This document shows, one piece after another, positions 36,010 to 49,720 of a stretch of DNA of 64,000 bases. This DNA is from Camelus ferus. Taxonomy: Eukaryota. Position 1 is the first letter of the stretch. The number at the start of each line of letters is the position of its first letter. The DNA is taken from positions 75,704,001-75,768,000 of the forward strand of contig NC_045696.1 in assembly GCF_009834535.1 (NCBI RefSeq), written 5' to 3'. The position numbers were made by a program, and so were the translations under genes. The notes under the pieces are model-generated. The model was not told the DNA's origin and searched no databases. It saw only the letters and a list, made by a program, of their open reading frames with translations.

Positions 36010-36170
36010 AGAAGTAATTTAATCTTATTCTGTGCCCCAGTTTCCTCATCTATAAGATGGGGATGTTAATAACAAATACTTTCTTTATAGGTAGACTATG
36101 ACTATTAAACAGCTTCATTAAGTAAAGCTCTTGGAAGAGCACTTTGCAAATAAACAATATTAATCAAAGG
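36010..36170 (+). mobile_element. MIR SINE core
   Basis: tctgtgccccagtttcctcatctataagatggggatgttaataac. Confidence 0.75.
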
Positions 36171-36319
36171 TTAGCCATTACAGTTGTCGCAATTATTATT
36201 ACTAGAATTTTTAAAAAGCATTTCTTCTTATCATTATGTATCTTTTTCTGTGAATGAGCATTACAAATACAATGATCATGCAAGCCTGCAAGGTATATTT
36301 TGAACTTAGAAAAGTTGTT

Positions 36320-36580
36320 GATCTGGTTATTTTTGCTGCAAAACAAACCTCTTCAAAATCTACTAGCTTAAAACAACCATCTTTTATGACTGGTGATTTT
36401 GTGGATCAGATATTCAAGAAGGGCTCAGCTTGGTAGTGTGTCTGATCCTAGTGGCATCCGCTGAAGCAGCTGGGCTAGATACTCACATCCAGTTTGCGGG
36501 AGGGGACTACACAAGGATGTGAATTCCAGGAGGCACAGTTTACTGGGGAGGAGAGCATTTTTGGAAATTGTCTCTCACAG
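36320..36580 (-). mobile_element. MLT1H-like MaLR LTR, internally deleted
   Basis: tggttatttttgctgcaaaacaaacc...gcttaaaacaaccat...gggctcagcttgg...ggggactacacaaggatgtgaattccaggagg. Confidence 0.7.
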
Positions 36581-38831
36581 TCATTATTCTCACGAACATT
36601 GGGATTAACTGGTGAGATCATGTTTATACCCTCTTTCAGCTTTTAGATTCCATGAGTCTAATTGGTACTTGCTTAATGGGCAGCAGAATGCTCTTACTAA
36701 TACCAGAGCTTCCACCCTTCAGGCATTCTCAGTGCTATTTTTGTTGGCACAGTTTTATTTCTTTCCGAGGATATGAAAGCAGCATGCTCTGCCCACTTCA
36801 GACACATTTGCCATTTACAAGCCTCTAAGTGTTACTTCACCACTTATTTCCCTCTGTGTATTAGAGTGTGAGCTCTCTTCCTATTTAAAATTTAAATATT
36901 GCCCTGGATTGCCCTCCAATACGTCAAATTTTGAAGGTGAAAGTAAACGAAAATTTTTGCCTTTTGGATTTGTGGCAACAGACATCAGAAAGAGACTATG
37001 TAAATAGGCAAATGTAATTTTTTAAAAAAAGGGCTTGTAGGGCTATGCTGAGTTACTCATCACCTAAACGTCCTTTTTAGGGATCAAGCAATTTCTGTTT
37101 AAGAGGCTTAAATATCTTTAAAGTGCAACCTAATCTGCATAGAAAGAGAAGATGCCTTTGAGCATGACACAGATCTTCAGGCCTTATCTCTCAGGGCAAG
37201 TCTATATACAATTTAGGGTTCTTTTTTTTTTTTTCCTTTTTATGCATGGCTCTTCAAATTTGAGAACCCAGCTCCCAGTTTTCAGACTAGAGTTTTCAAG
37301 TTTTGCTTCAGGGTTCATTGAATCCGTCAGGTTGTCAATGGGCCGTTCCAATTTCTTGATCGTCAAACGTTTCTCCTTTTGTTTAAGGCTTGAGTTGTGT
37401 GCTACGCTATTTCATATATACCAAGCCTCAATACTTGTGTTTTATCTTATCCATTGCTGTCTTATTAACTCTAGTTAGATGTCTTTTATTTTTGTTGGAG
37501 TTGGTCATATTGCCTCACTGGATATGCCTATCACAACTTTGTCCTATAACCTTGGATGTTCATCACAGCACACAATTTCTTAACAACTGAAACTTAAAGG
37601 TCAGACACAGATGGTTGAGCAGATTTCCTGATTTATTGTTGGCTCATGATTATAGAGTTCAAAAATAAATTATTAAGCTCTTTCAAAGTATTTTTTTTTC
37701 TCCTGGGAATTCTGAAAAATTCCAGCCAATGCATTTTCCAGAAATTCAATTTCAATGATCAGTTTTAATATCTTGTCTACTGCCACTGAAGATAAAAACT
37801 CTTGTCAGGAATGCATGCATCAAACATACTCTTTCTGGGCATATTAGCACTATGGTAGATTTCATTTTTGACTGCCTTACTGACTGCCTTACTATGATTA
37901 TGGAGGGAAATTAAATCACAAAATGTAACCTCTGTTAGTCCAATTACTTGGTAAAATGGAATGAGTATTTCTATTCCCCTCTAAAACTTTTAAGGGACAG
38001 TATGTGGATCTATTTAAAAATCATCGTAAGTCTTGCTAGTTAGCCTCCTTTTCATGTAATAGAAAGAGGTTGAATGAGTCATGTCAAGTGATCCATGAGA
38101 TTAATATAGACGAAGATGTCACATCCTCATGCATGCAGCTGTGAACGGCATATCTACTTTGCCATCTGGTAAATTTAATGGACAAAATGTCCCAGTGACT
38201 GCTTCAGGGTTTAAAGTAACTCAGTTATCAGCAGCCACATTTCCTGTTGCCTAATACCCAAATTCAATTCTATGAGGAACTTTAGTCTGGCTCTTGGAGT
38301 AGGTGGAAAAATCTGCTAACCACATTATGTTCTTTCATAACCACATTGAATTGGACTATTAGCTGATACTCAGTAAAAGCAAATACCATTTACTTTGAGA
38401 GAGTACTGTGTTTTATATGGATTGACGTTCATTCTCACTGCATTTATATTTTAACTCAGTAGTAAAATTAAACAATGCATGGTAACGTAGCAACTATTAT
38501 TTCGCTCTGTGTTAAAAAGCACCTGGAAATAAACCATTCTGTAAAGTAAGTCTGTAGCATGTTTAATTTAAATTCTATTTATATGAATTTTTATAGTGGC
38601 TGTTACGTTATTTTCTCTATATTGAAAAACATATAGCATTTTTCCTGGGATGAATTTCACCTTTTGTATTATCTGCTAAATCAAAATCTTCTTTATGTTG
38701 CTTCAGGTGTAATTCCCTCCATTTATAGAGTGACATTTCCTTACCAATTTTTTAGTACACTTTATTGAAGAGTTCTAGATTTACAGAAAAATTAAGCAGA
38801 TAATACAGACATTTCCCATGTACTCCCCCCA

Positions 38832-38833
<2 letters not shown>

Positions 38834-38874
<41 letters not shown>
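38834..38874. repeat. (CA)20 microsatellite
   Basis: Perfect dinucleotide run inside the L1 3'UTR. Confidence 0.95.
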
Positions 38875-38878
<4 letters not shown>

Positions 38879-40690
38879 TGCCTCTATTATTAACTTCTAG
38901 CACTAGTATGGTAACACATTACAATTAATGAACAATATTGATATATTATTATGAATTGAAGTTCATATTTTACAATAAGGTTCACTCTTTTTGTTGTACA
39001 GTTGTGAGTTTTGACTAATGCATAATGTACTTTATCCACCATTACAATTATACAGAATAGTCTTACTGCCCTAAAAATCCTCTGTAATTTGTCTGTTTAT
39101 TTCCTCCCAGATTTACCTCCTCCCTGGACTTTTGGAAACTACTGATCTTTTTATTATTAGTTTTACCTTTTCCAAAAATGTTGTGTAGTTGGAAGCATAC
39201 GGTATGTATCATTTTCATGCTGCCTTCTCTTCACTTAGTGCAAAGTATTTAAGATTCCTCCATGTCTTTTTATTGCTTCATAGTTCATATTTTTTTAGTC
39301 TCTGTATAATATCCGTTGTATGATGTACCATCGTTTATTTATCCATTCACCTGTTGAAGGACATCTTGGTTGCTTCCAAGCTTGACAATTATGAATAAAA
39401 TTACTGTTAAATTTTGTGTGCAGGTTTCTGTGTGAACGTAAGGTTTCAACTCCTCTGGCTAGATACCAAGGAGTGCAACTGCTGGGTCATCTGAGAAGCC
39501 TGTATTTAGCAGTGTAAGAAACTGCCAAACCACTTTCCAAAGTGGCTCTGACATTCTGCGTTTCCACCAGCGATAAATTTAAGATCCTGCAGCTCCACAT
39601 CTTCACTGGTGTTTTCAGTGCTTTGGATTTTGGCTCTTCTAACAGTTGTGTAGTGGCATCTCTTTGTTGTTTTATTTTGCAGTTCCCTAAGGATGTATGA
39701 TGCAGAGCATCTTTTCTTATGCTTATTTGTTGTTTGTATATCTTCTTTGGCGAGATGTTTGTTCAGGTCTTTTGCCTGCTTTTTAATCAGGTTGTTCATT
39801 TTTATATTGCTGAGTTTTAACAGTTCTTTCTATATTTTAGATAACAGTCCTTTATCAGATATGTGTTTTACAAATATTTTCTCCCATTCTGTGGTTTGTC
39901 TTTTTATTCTCATAACAGTGTCCTTCACAGAGAAGTTTTAAATTTTAATAAAATCTAAATTATCATTTTCTTTCATGGATTGGGCTTTTGGTATTATATC
40001 TAGAAACTCATCACCAAACTCACTGTCACTATCATTTCTCTTACGTTATGTTCTAGAAGTTTTATAGTTTTTAAATTTACATTTAGGTCTATAATCCGTT
40101 TTGAGTTAATTTTTGTGAAAATTGTAGGTTTATTGAGATTTTCTTTTTGTATTCATGTCCAATTTTTCCAGCACCATTTTTTGAAAAGTTCATTCTTTTA
40201 CACTGAATTGCCTTTGCTCCTTTGTCAAAGATCACTTGATTATATTTATGTGGCTCTGTTTCTGAGCTCACTATTCTGTTGCATTGACCTATTTACCAAT
40301 TCTTTTTCTAATATCATGCTGCCTTACGTGCTGTAGTATGGCGTTAAGTCTTGAAGTCAGGTAGTGTCTGTCTTCCTACACTATTCTTCTTCAGTATTAC
40401 ACTGCATATTCTGGACCTTTGGTCTTTCCATATAAAGCTTAGAATCATTTTTCTCCATATCCACAAAATAACTTGCTGGGATTCAGACTGAGTTTGCATT
40501 GAATCTATACATTGGGGGGAACTGACATCTTGTACTATGTATAATATGGACACACAGAATTCATATTTAGTCCATGAACATGGAATGTCTCTCCATTTAT
40601 TTAAATCTTTTTTGATTTCTTTTATTAGAGTTTTGTAATTTTCCTCATATAAATACTATACATTTTTTAGGTTTATACTTAAGTATTTCT

Positions 40691-40693
<3 letters not shown>

Positions 40694-40726
<33 letters not shown>

Positions 40727-40750
40727 TGTGTGTGTGTATGTGTGTGTATG
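40694..40750. repeat. Interrupted (TG)n microsatellite
   Basis: Direct reading; about 28 units with tt/ta interruptions. Confidence 0.95.
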
Positions 40751-42667
40751 CACGCTAATTTAAATGGTATAGTGTTTTCAATTTCCCAACTGTTCATTGC
40801 TGGCATATAGGAAAGTAATTGATTTTTGTGTTTTTAATCTTGTATCCTACAAGCTTGCTATAATCACTTATTAGTTGCAGGAGTTTTGCTGCTGTTGCTG
40901 ATTCTTTGTTATTTTCTATAATTATGTCATCTGCAAACAAAGATAGTTTTATTTTTTTCTTTCTCAATCTGTATACTTTTTATTTTATTTTCTTGTGTTA
41001 CTGCATTCACTAGAATTCCAGTTCAATGTTGAATAAAGTGGTGAGAGGGGATATCCTTACCTTGTTCTTAGTCTTAGAAAGAAATCTTCTATTTTCTCAT
41101 CACAAAGTATAAAGTAGCTCTAGGCTTTTTCAAGTTTTTTTTTTTAATCAAATTGAGGAAATTTTTTTCCATTCCTAACTCACTGAGGGTTTTTATAATG
41201 AATGGATTTGGATTTTGTCAAAGACTTTTGCTGAAACTATTGATTATTGATCATACGATTTTTCTTCTTTATCGTATTATCACGTGATTTTTCTTCTGTA
41301 ACAAATTGATGTGATGGTTTACATTAATTGATTTTTGACTGTTGAACCGGCCTTGCATACCTGGAATAAACCTCTCTTGGTCATACTGTGCATTTCTTTT
41401 TATATATTATTGGATTTGATTTGATGATATTTTGTTGAGGAGTGTTACATCGAGGTTCATGAGAGATATTGGTCTGCATTTTTCCTTTCTTACAGTCTTT
41501 CTCTGATTTTAGTGTTAGTGAAATTCTGGTCTTATAGAATGTTAGGAAATGTTTTCCTTGCCTCTATTTTCTGGAAGAGATTTTAGAGAACTGATATCAA
41601 TTCTTCCTTAAATGTTCAGTAGAATTCATTCATGAAATTATCTTAGCTTTATGCATTTTTCAAAGATTATTAATTATTAATTCAGTTTTGCTAATAGATA
41701 TAAGTCTACTCAACTTGTCTACTTCTCCTTATGTAAGTTTTGGTAGTGTGTATTTTTAAAGAATTGGTCCACTTCATCTATGTTATCAAATCAGTGGGCA
41801 TAGAGTAGTTCATAATATTCTTTTATTATTCTTTTAATGTCCAAGGAATAAGTGGTGATGCTTCTTTTCATTTCTGGTATTAGTAATTTGGTCTTTCTTT
41901 TTTTCTTGATAAGCCTGGCTAGCGGTTTATTGATTTTTTTAAAAAAAAACTTTTTAAAGAAACAACTTTTGATTTCATTGATTTTTCTCTATTGATTTTT
42001 TGTTTAAATTTCATTGGTTTCTGCTCAAATTGTATTTACTTTGGAATTTCCAACTATCTTGCCATTACTTATTTCTACCTATTGTGGCCCGACTGCACAC
42101 TTTGTATAATTTCTGTTTTAAATTTGTTAGGGTGTGTTTTATGATCCAGAATGTGGTCAATCATACTGAATCTTTCCTGTGAGTTTGAGATGAACATACA
42201 TTTTGCTTTGGTTGGATGTAATATTCTATAAATGCTAATTATCCCTAGTTGATTAATGATGCTGTTCAGTTCACCTATTTTCTTACTGATTTTCTGCCTG
42301 AAGAATCAGTCAGTTACACATAAATAGGTATTCAAGTCTCTGACTCTGAGTGGATTTGTCTTTCTATGTGCAGTTGTTTGTTTTTGCCACGTTTATTTTG
42401 ATGTTCTGTTGTTAGGCACCTACACATTAAAAACCATTATACCTTCTTGGAGAATTGACCCCCTTACCATTATATAATCTCCTTATGGATTCCCGATAAC
42501 TTTCCTCATTCTGAATTCTGCCTTGTCTGAGATTAATATAGCCACTGTGGCTTTTTAAAAAATTACTGTTGACATGGAATATCTTTCTCCAGCCCTTTAT
42601 TTTTAACCTATTTTTGTTTTTATATATAAAGTGAGTTTCTTATAGCCAACCCATAGTTGGGTCTTGG

Positions 42668-42702
42668 GTTGTTGTTGTTGTTGTTGTTGTTTTTTTTTTT
42701 TT
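42668..42702. repeat. (GTT)n followed by poly(T)
   Basis: Direct reading of the sequence. Confidence 0.9.
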
Positions 42703-44589
42703 GATCCACTATGGCTATCTGTCTTTAAACTGGACTATTCAGAAAGTTCACATTTAGAGTGATTGATGTAGTTGGATTAATACCTACCATGTTGTAACTG
42801 TTTTCTATTCATTGCCCTTTGTTTCTTTGTTTCTCTCTTTTTTTAATCTATTCTTTCTAACTTCTCTGATTTCAGTTAATAATTTTACATTATTCCATGT
42901 TCTCTTCTATTTTAGCGTATCAGTTATACTTTATTTTTAATTTTTAAGTGGTTGCCTTAGAGTTTGCAATATGCATTTATGACTAATCTGTGTTCACTTT
43001 CATATAACACTATACTGCTTCATGGATGGGACAGGTACCTTATAACAAAACAAAGTATTCTCAGTTCTTCCCGCCTATCCTTTATATGATCATGTTATTC
43101 CTGTCTCTTATCCATATGCTGTAATCATCTAATAGATTATTGCTACTATTATTTTGAACACAGTTATCTATCAGTTCAATTAAGAATAAGAAAAATAAAA
43201 TATTGTATTTACCTTCATTTATTCTAATACTTTTTTCCTTTTTTTTTTTTTTTACATAGATCTGAATTTCTGACATTATTTCCCTTCTCTCTGAAGAACT
43301 GCTTTTAGCGTGTCTTGCAAAGCAGGTCTACTGGCAACAAATAACCTCAGTTTTTGTTTATTTGAGAAATTATTTATCCTTCCATTTTGAATTCTAGGTT
43401 TTTTTCCAACTCTTTAAATATTTATCATTAGATATGATATGTGTAGATGTAGAGTTTTGGGAATTTATCCTGCTTCATGTTCTCTGAACTTTTTGGATCT
43501 GTGGTAGAGTCTGCTATTAAAGAATTTGGAAAAAAATATCCATTGTTATTATTCAAATATTTTTTCTCTTTTTCTCTCTTCCACGTCCAGTATTCCTTTA
43601 TGCATATTTTATACCTTTTGTAATTGTCCCATAATTCTTGGCTATTCTATTCCTTTGTTTTCTTTTCTTTTTCTCTTTGCGTTTCCATTTGGGCAATTCT
43701 ACTAACATATCTTTAAGCTAAACCTTTTTTCCTTGACTGTGTCCAGTTTACTTATGAGCCCATCAAAAATATTCTTCATTTTGTTACAGTGTTTTCCTTT
43801 TTTATTTCTAGCATTTTCTTTGGATTCTTTCTTAGATCTTCCATCTCTCTGCATATATTACTCATCTGCTTTGCATGTTGTCTACTTTTCTGTTAAGGCC
43901 CTGAATATGTTAATCAAGTTATTTTAAATCCCTTATCTCTTAAGTCCAAAATCTGTGTCATATCTGATTCTGGTTCTGATGCTTGCTTCAATTCTCCAGA
44001 CTGCATTTTCTTCTTGCCTCTTAGTTTTTATTGAAAGCTGGACATGATGTATTGGATAACAGAAACTGAGGCAAGCAGACGTTTAGCGTGTGGTTCATGC
44101 TAATCTGCCTAGGAGCTAGGCTGTGCTTAATGTTTGTTGTAGCTGTAGACATGGGGGGCTCTCATTCCCTCCAGTGTCCTTATTGAGTTATTTTTCTCCT
44201 TCCTTGTTGTCTCTGGGTTTCCCTAAGATCTCTTTCTTAAATAGTCTGTGTCTTGCAGCTTTCTTGGTTGTAATCCACTATTATTACACTAAAGTACTGT
44301 AAATATGGTGATAAGGTGTTGTACAAGAAAAGCATTCTATGGTCTTATAATTAAATCTATATTTTTCACTGAGCTTGAGTCCCTGGGCTATAAACTTCAA
44401 TAGCGTTTCTTACCTTTTTATTTTTCCTCCCTTTATGTTAACAAGAAATCTCAAGGGGGTTGGAGTTGACTAATTGCCCTTCTTCCAGGTTAGATGAGTC
44501 TCCTCCCAAGAGCCAGCCTTTGTTATGGAGAACACTCTGCACATATTTCAGATGGCTATTTTTCCCCATCCCTTTCCAGAAACAGAAGA

Positions 44590-46900
44590 TATTTTGATCA
44601 TTTAAACATTTCACACTAAGAACAGTTCAAATGAATCCAAAAACATTTTGATGTATTATTTTTATTATCATTTAAAAACATCTTCTAATTCATTGTATTT
44701 TCTTTGTTGATCCTGGGTTATTAAGAAGTATTGTGCTTATTTGTCAAAGATTTGGAGATTTCAACTGTCAATGTCACCAAGCCAAAGACTGCCAGATCCA
44801 CAACATCCATGGTTGAACAAGTTTGGTTTATTATTCATTATAGCTAGGGAGAACTTACATCATGGGGAACCATGGGGCATCTTAGTAAGAAGGTGTTAGT
44901 TAGACAGGGCCATTTAGAGGATTAGCGTTTAGTTGAGTAATTTTGGAGACGACTCAAGGACATCAGGGTTTCCTCTAGATTAAGTACTGTCAGAAAAAGG
45001 AGCGATTTTATTATTGATTATTTCAATAAATCTCATGTACACATAGGACAGTCTGGAGAAAGGCTGCAGCTGTAATTGACAGAGCAGCAGTTAGTCATTA
45101 TGTTAGCTGGAAGTGGGGAAAGTTAGTATTTTGTTAGTTGCACACTGACCTTGATATTATCTGTACTTAGTCAAAATTATGAAGTAGTCTTGCTTTGTCT
45201 CACTCCATCATAATCTCATAGTGATCTTGTCTGATGTTGGTGTTCTGTGAGATCTCTTTTTTCCAACCAGAGAACCACGTGGCCTCGCTGTGAGCACCAG
45301 GTCAGCTCTAACACTGAGGCCGACTGTGCCAGCCCAGTTCCTGGATATCAAGAGCTGCTCTGTATCTTTTTTATAAGCTATCTTTCAGTTATGGATTTCT
45401 AGTTTACCTTCACTGTGGTCAGGGAACATGCTCTGTGTAATCTCAGCCTTTTATATTTGCTGACATGCTGTATGACATAGTATATGGTCTATTTTGGTAA
45501 ACATTTCATGTACACTTGAATAGGCTGCTTGTTGGGTATAGTGATCTATATATGTCATTCATATCAAATTTGTTAATAGTTTTGTTCAAATTTTAGATAT
45601 TCTTCTAATTATATTTTGCCTTCTTATTCTACTAGTTACAGAAAAGAGTGTGTTAAAATGTCCCATATGATTGTGGAAATGCATATTTCTCCACTTGGTT
45701 CTGTCAATTATTGTTATATATGTTTTGAAACTATGTTATTAGGTGTATATACATAACGGAATGTAATATCTTCCTACTGAACTTATTATTATGAAATGTA
45801 TCTCTTTATTTCTAGTAATAATTTTGTGTCAAAAGATGTTTGTCTAATATTAATACAGCCACTCCATGCTGTGTGTATTATATTTCAATTGTGGCTTTCA
45901 TAACAGCACAATTATATTTTGTTTCTATCTTACTGACAATTTTTTTTATTAATTGGAATTTTATTCTATCACATTTAATATACTGACAGCTATGTTGTTA
46001 CTTGTTTTCTATTTTTCTAATATCTTCTTTGCTTATTAATACTTTCTTGCCTTTTGAAGTAACCAGGGATTATTATTCCACTTTTTTCTACGCTAATACC
46101 GTCTTCTTTATGTATTCTTTCAGTATTTTCTTAGAAATTACTTCAGAGGTTACAGTATTCATCCTTCACATAACAGAGTTTACTTTAAATACATTTACTA
46201 CTTCCTGAAGAATATAAGAACATTGTAACATTTTAACTCCATGCCTCTGCCTTTTAAGCTATTATTTTTGTTATCTAATTTACTTTAACATATGTTTTAA
46301 AATTAACAAGTCTTCTCTTCTTATGAGTGCTTTGAAACAGTCCATGCAGATATATACTTGCCTACCTACTTTCTCATTTTTGATACTCTTCATTCCTTTC
46401 TGGAATCTCATGCTTTCATCTCAGATAATCATTCTTCCCAAAGAACTCCATTTGATATTAATTTATTTACTATTTATGATAGTGCAGGTTTATTGGCAAC
46501 AAATTCTCTGTAACAGTGTCTTTATTTTGCCTTCATTTGAAAAGCTCTTTAGGCTTTGAATAAAATTCTAGATTGACATTCCCTTCCCCAATCCTGGAAT
46601 TTGAAAGATACTGTTGCATTTTGTTCTAGCTTCCATGTTCTTTGCTGGAAACTTAGCCTTTAGTTTTATTGTTACTCCTCTAAGGTAATACACATTTTTT
46701 TTCTCTCTCTCGCTTTGCCTGTTTCTTTTATGCAGTTTAACTCTGACATGCTTGTTTGATTTTATTCACATTTATTCAGTTTCAAGTGAGTTCTTATGTG
46801 TGTAGTTTAATGCCTTTGTTTAGTTTTTAAAAGTGAATAATTTCAGCCAATATTGCTTATTTCTCATTCTCTTTCACCTCTCTTTCTGAACTCAGACCTC
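44590..46900 (-). mobile_element. Old L1M/L1ME fragment interrupted by MER76
   Basis: ...gatttggagatttcaac [LTR] agctatctttcagttatggatttctagt...gtgttaaaatgtcccatatgattgtgg...ctatgttattaggtgtatat. Confidence 0.7.
44766..45375 (-). mobile_element. MER76 solo LTR (ERVL)
   Basis: gactgccagatcc...ggttgaacaagtttggtttatta...catggggaaccatggggcatcttagtaagaaggtgttag...gctgtaattg...cttgtctgatgttggtgttctgtga...gctgtgagcaccaggtcagctc matches the recalled MER76 consensus in reverse. Confidence 0.75.
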
Positions 46901-47919
46901 TTTTTCCACAGCCCAGGAAACTACTGCTTTCTGCTTGGGTCCTGTTTTTGCATTCTATTTGGAGTAGAAAATGCAAATAGGGCAAAAACCAAGGTATACA
47001 AACATTATTCATGTTTTTTTTCAGTCTAATGTAATCAACTCCAGCATAAGCAGAACCAGAAGTAAACAGTTTTATATTAAAATTTTGACATTTGCCATAT
47101 AACAGTAACTACATTCTTTGCAACTCTAAATTTACAAAAAAGTTTAGATGTCATTTAAAAATACCTGAAGAGCATGATATCCCTAGGGGCTCAACATATC
47201 AACATACTGTGGGAACCCCCTCTGATACAGCTCCTCCTGAGGTAAGAAATTTGCCTTTCTTGTGTCAAGAGAAGTCACAGCTCCAGATAGCAGCAGTGTA
47301 AGGAGATTTTCTTAGTGTCCAAGAATTGTATCACGAACAGTGTGGTGGTTGTCAATCCGGGGGAATTCAGCAGAAACATAGGAAATGGTATGCGGAGAGC
47401 ACTGAGACTGATGGCACAGGATTATTAAACAGAAGTGAATGTTTCATTCCATGAGTGTCAGAGCAGTGATGACCAACAGCGCAGAGGGCTGGATGGAAGG
47501 GTAGGCACTGGAACCCAACGGCTGGAGAGCAATGGGCAGCAGCTCTTATCATATGTACAGTGACCCTCGCTTACCACTCCAGAGGCCAAGACACTGAGAA
47601 CAGCATTATTTAGGCTCAATCAAAAGGGTACCTGAATGGGAATTGGGGTCATACATTTAATAACACTAGGTGTTCACGGGGATATCTGGAGAAAGAGAAT
47701 TTGGGGAAACAGACTGGGTTTCTTACTAAGTACACTGTGGCTGTGGAACATCAAGATGTGTGTTATTAAAAAAAAATATGTGTTATTAATTTAACATAGC
47801 AAAGATGGTAACACCCAGGACATGCCACACTACTCTTCCTGTGCCCCATTCTATTCTGTCATAATTATTTGTGTAAATATCTATCTCTCAAGGCTATTTG
47901 AGTATAAGAATAATTCAGT

Positions 47920-49720
47920 TGTCTCTCTTTTTTAAGATTTGCTCTCTTAGCAACTTTCAAATATGTAAAACTATTAAGTAGTCACTGTGTTGTTCCTTAC
48001 ATTTCCATGACTTATTTATTTCATAACATAAGTTTGTACCTTTTGACCCCCTTAACCCACTTCACCTACCCTCCACGCCCACCTCCAGCAACCACGATTC
48101 TGTTCTCTGTATCTATGAGTCCTGGATTTTTTTTAGATCCCATATATAAGTGAGATCATATGGTATTTGTCTTTCTCTGTCTGACTTATTTCACTCAATA
48201 ACTGAATAATGTCCTCAAGATCCAACCATATTGTTGAAAATGTCAAGATTTTATTTTATCTTTTATGACTAAATAGTAGTCATATCTTCTTTATCCATTC
48301 ATCTATCAGTGGACACTTAAGTTGCTTCCGTATCTTGACTAACGTGAATAAATAATGTTGCAATGAACATGCATCTTTTCAAATTAATGTTTTCATTTTC
48401 TTTGGGTAAATACCCCAGAAATGAAAGTGCTGGGTCATATGGTAGTTCTATTTTTAATTTTTTCAGAAACCTCCGTACTGTTTTCTATAGTGGCTGCACA
48501 AATTTACATTCCCACCAACAGTGCACGAGGGTTTCCTTTCCTCCACATTGGTTCCAACACTTGTTTGTCTTTTTGATTACAGCCATTCCAATAGGCGCTA
48601 GCTCTTTGTACTTTTGATTTGAATTTTCCTAATGATTAGTGATGTTGAGCATCTATTCGTGTATCTGTTGGTCATCCACATGTCTTGTTAAGGAAAATGT
48701 CTATTCAGATTCTTTGCCAATTTTTTTCATCAAATTATTTTTTATTTTTGTTTTTGCTGTTAGTTATATGAATTCTTTATATGTTTGAGCTATTAATCCC
48801 TGATCAGATATAGTATTTACAAAAATTTCCTCCCATTGCTTTTATTGCCTTTGTTTTTGGAGTCAGAGCCAAAAAAATCACTTCTAAGACCAAGTTCAAG
48901 GAGTTTACTACCTATGATTTCTTCAAGAAGTTTTATAATTTCAGGTCTTACATTCAAGTCTTTAATCCATTTTGAGTTATTTTTGTATAAGGTATAGGAT
49001 AGTGGTTCAGTGTCTAGTTATACCATCACAATTGATTGAAGAGACTGTTCTTTCCTTATTGTATATTCTTGACTCTTTTGTCATAAATTAATTGACCATA
49101 TATGTGTGGCTTTCCTTCTGAGCTCTCTGTTCTAGTCCATTGACCCCTGTGTCTGTTTTTATGCTAGTACTCTCTTGTTTTGACTACAAGAGCTGTTTGC
49201 AAGCAGGGAGCATAACACCTCCAGCTTCGTTCTTCTTTCTCAAAATTGCTCTGGCTTTTCAGGGTTTTTTGCTTTTTGTGGTTCCATGGAAATTTTAACA
49301 TTGTTGGTTCTATTTCTGTGAAAAATGCTATTGAAATTTTGATAGCGGTTACTCTGAATTTGCACATTCCTCTAGGTAGTATGGAAATTTTTAACAATGT
49401 TAATATTTTCAATCCATGAGCATGGGATATCTTTCCCTTTTTTTTTAGATTTTTGACGTATTCTTCAATTTTATCAATGTTTTATACTTTTCAGCATACA
49501 GTTCTTTCACCTCCTTGGTTCTGTTTATTCCTAGGTACACTATTATTTTTGATGCAATCGTAAATTAAATTGTTTTCTTAATTTCTCTTTATGATAGTTG
49601 ATTATTAGTGAATAGAAATGCAACAGACTTTTGTACATTGATTTTACATCTTGCAGGTTTACTGAATTTTTTTATTATTTTTAATTTTTGTCCAGTCTTT
49701 AAAGTTTTGTATATTCTTAA
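47920..49720 (-). mobile_element. L1MA9-like LINE-1 (3'UTR plus ORF2 end)
   Basis: ctctcttagcaactttcaaatat...agtttgtacctttgaccccc...tagatcccatatataagtgagatcat. ORF 49164-49412 (-) is an ORF2 remnant (ILP..MCKF...IKISIAFFTEIE). Confidence 0.85.

Larger units (their letters stand above)
38748..44580 (-). mobile_element. Long (~5.8 kb) L1MC1/2-type LINE-1 with decayed ORF2 and 5' region
   Basis: 3'UTR (agatttacagaaaaattaagcag, ttacaattaatgaac). ORF track shows ORF2 remnants on the minus strand (NLIKKQAKDLNKHLAKEDIQ, YNQVIFDKGAKAIQ, LPDFKT), with many stops and frameshifts. Confidence 0.9.

Noticed and set aside
37869..37892. 12-bp tandem duplication tgactgccttac x2
   Set aside because: Trivial slippage event with no evident consequence.
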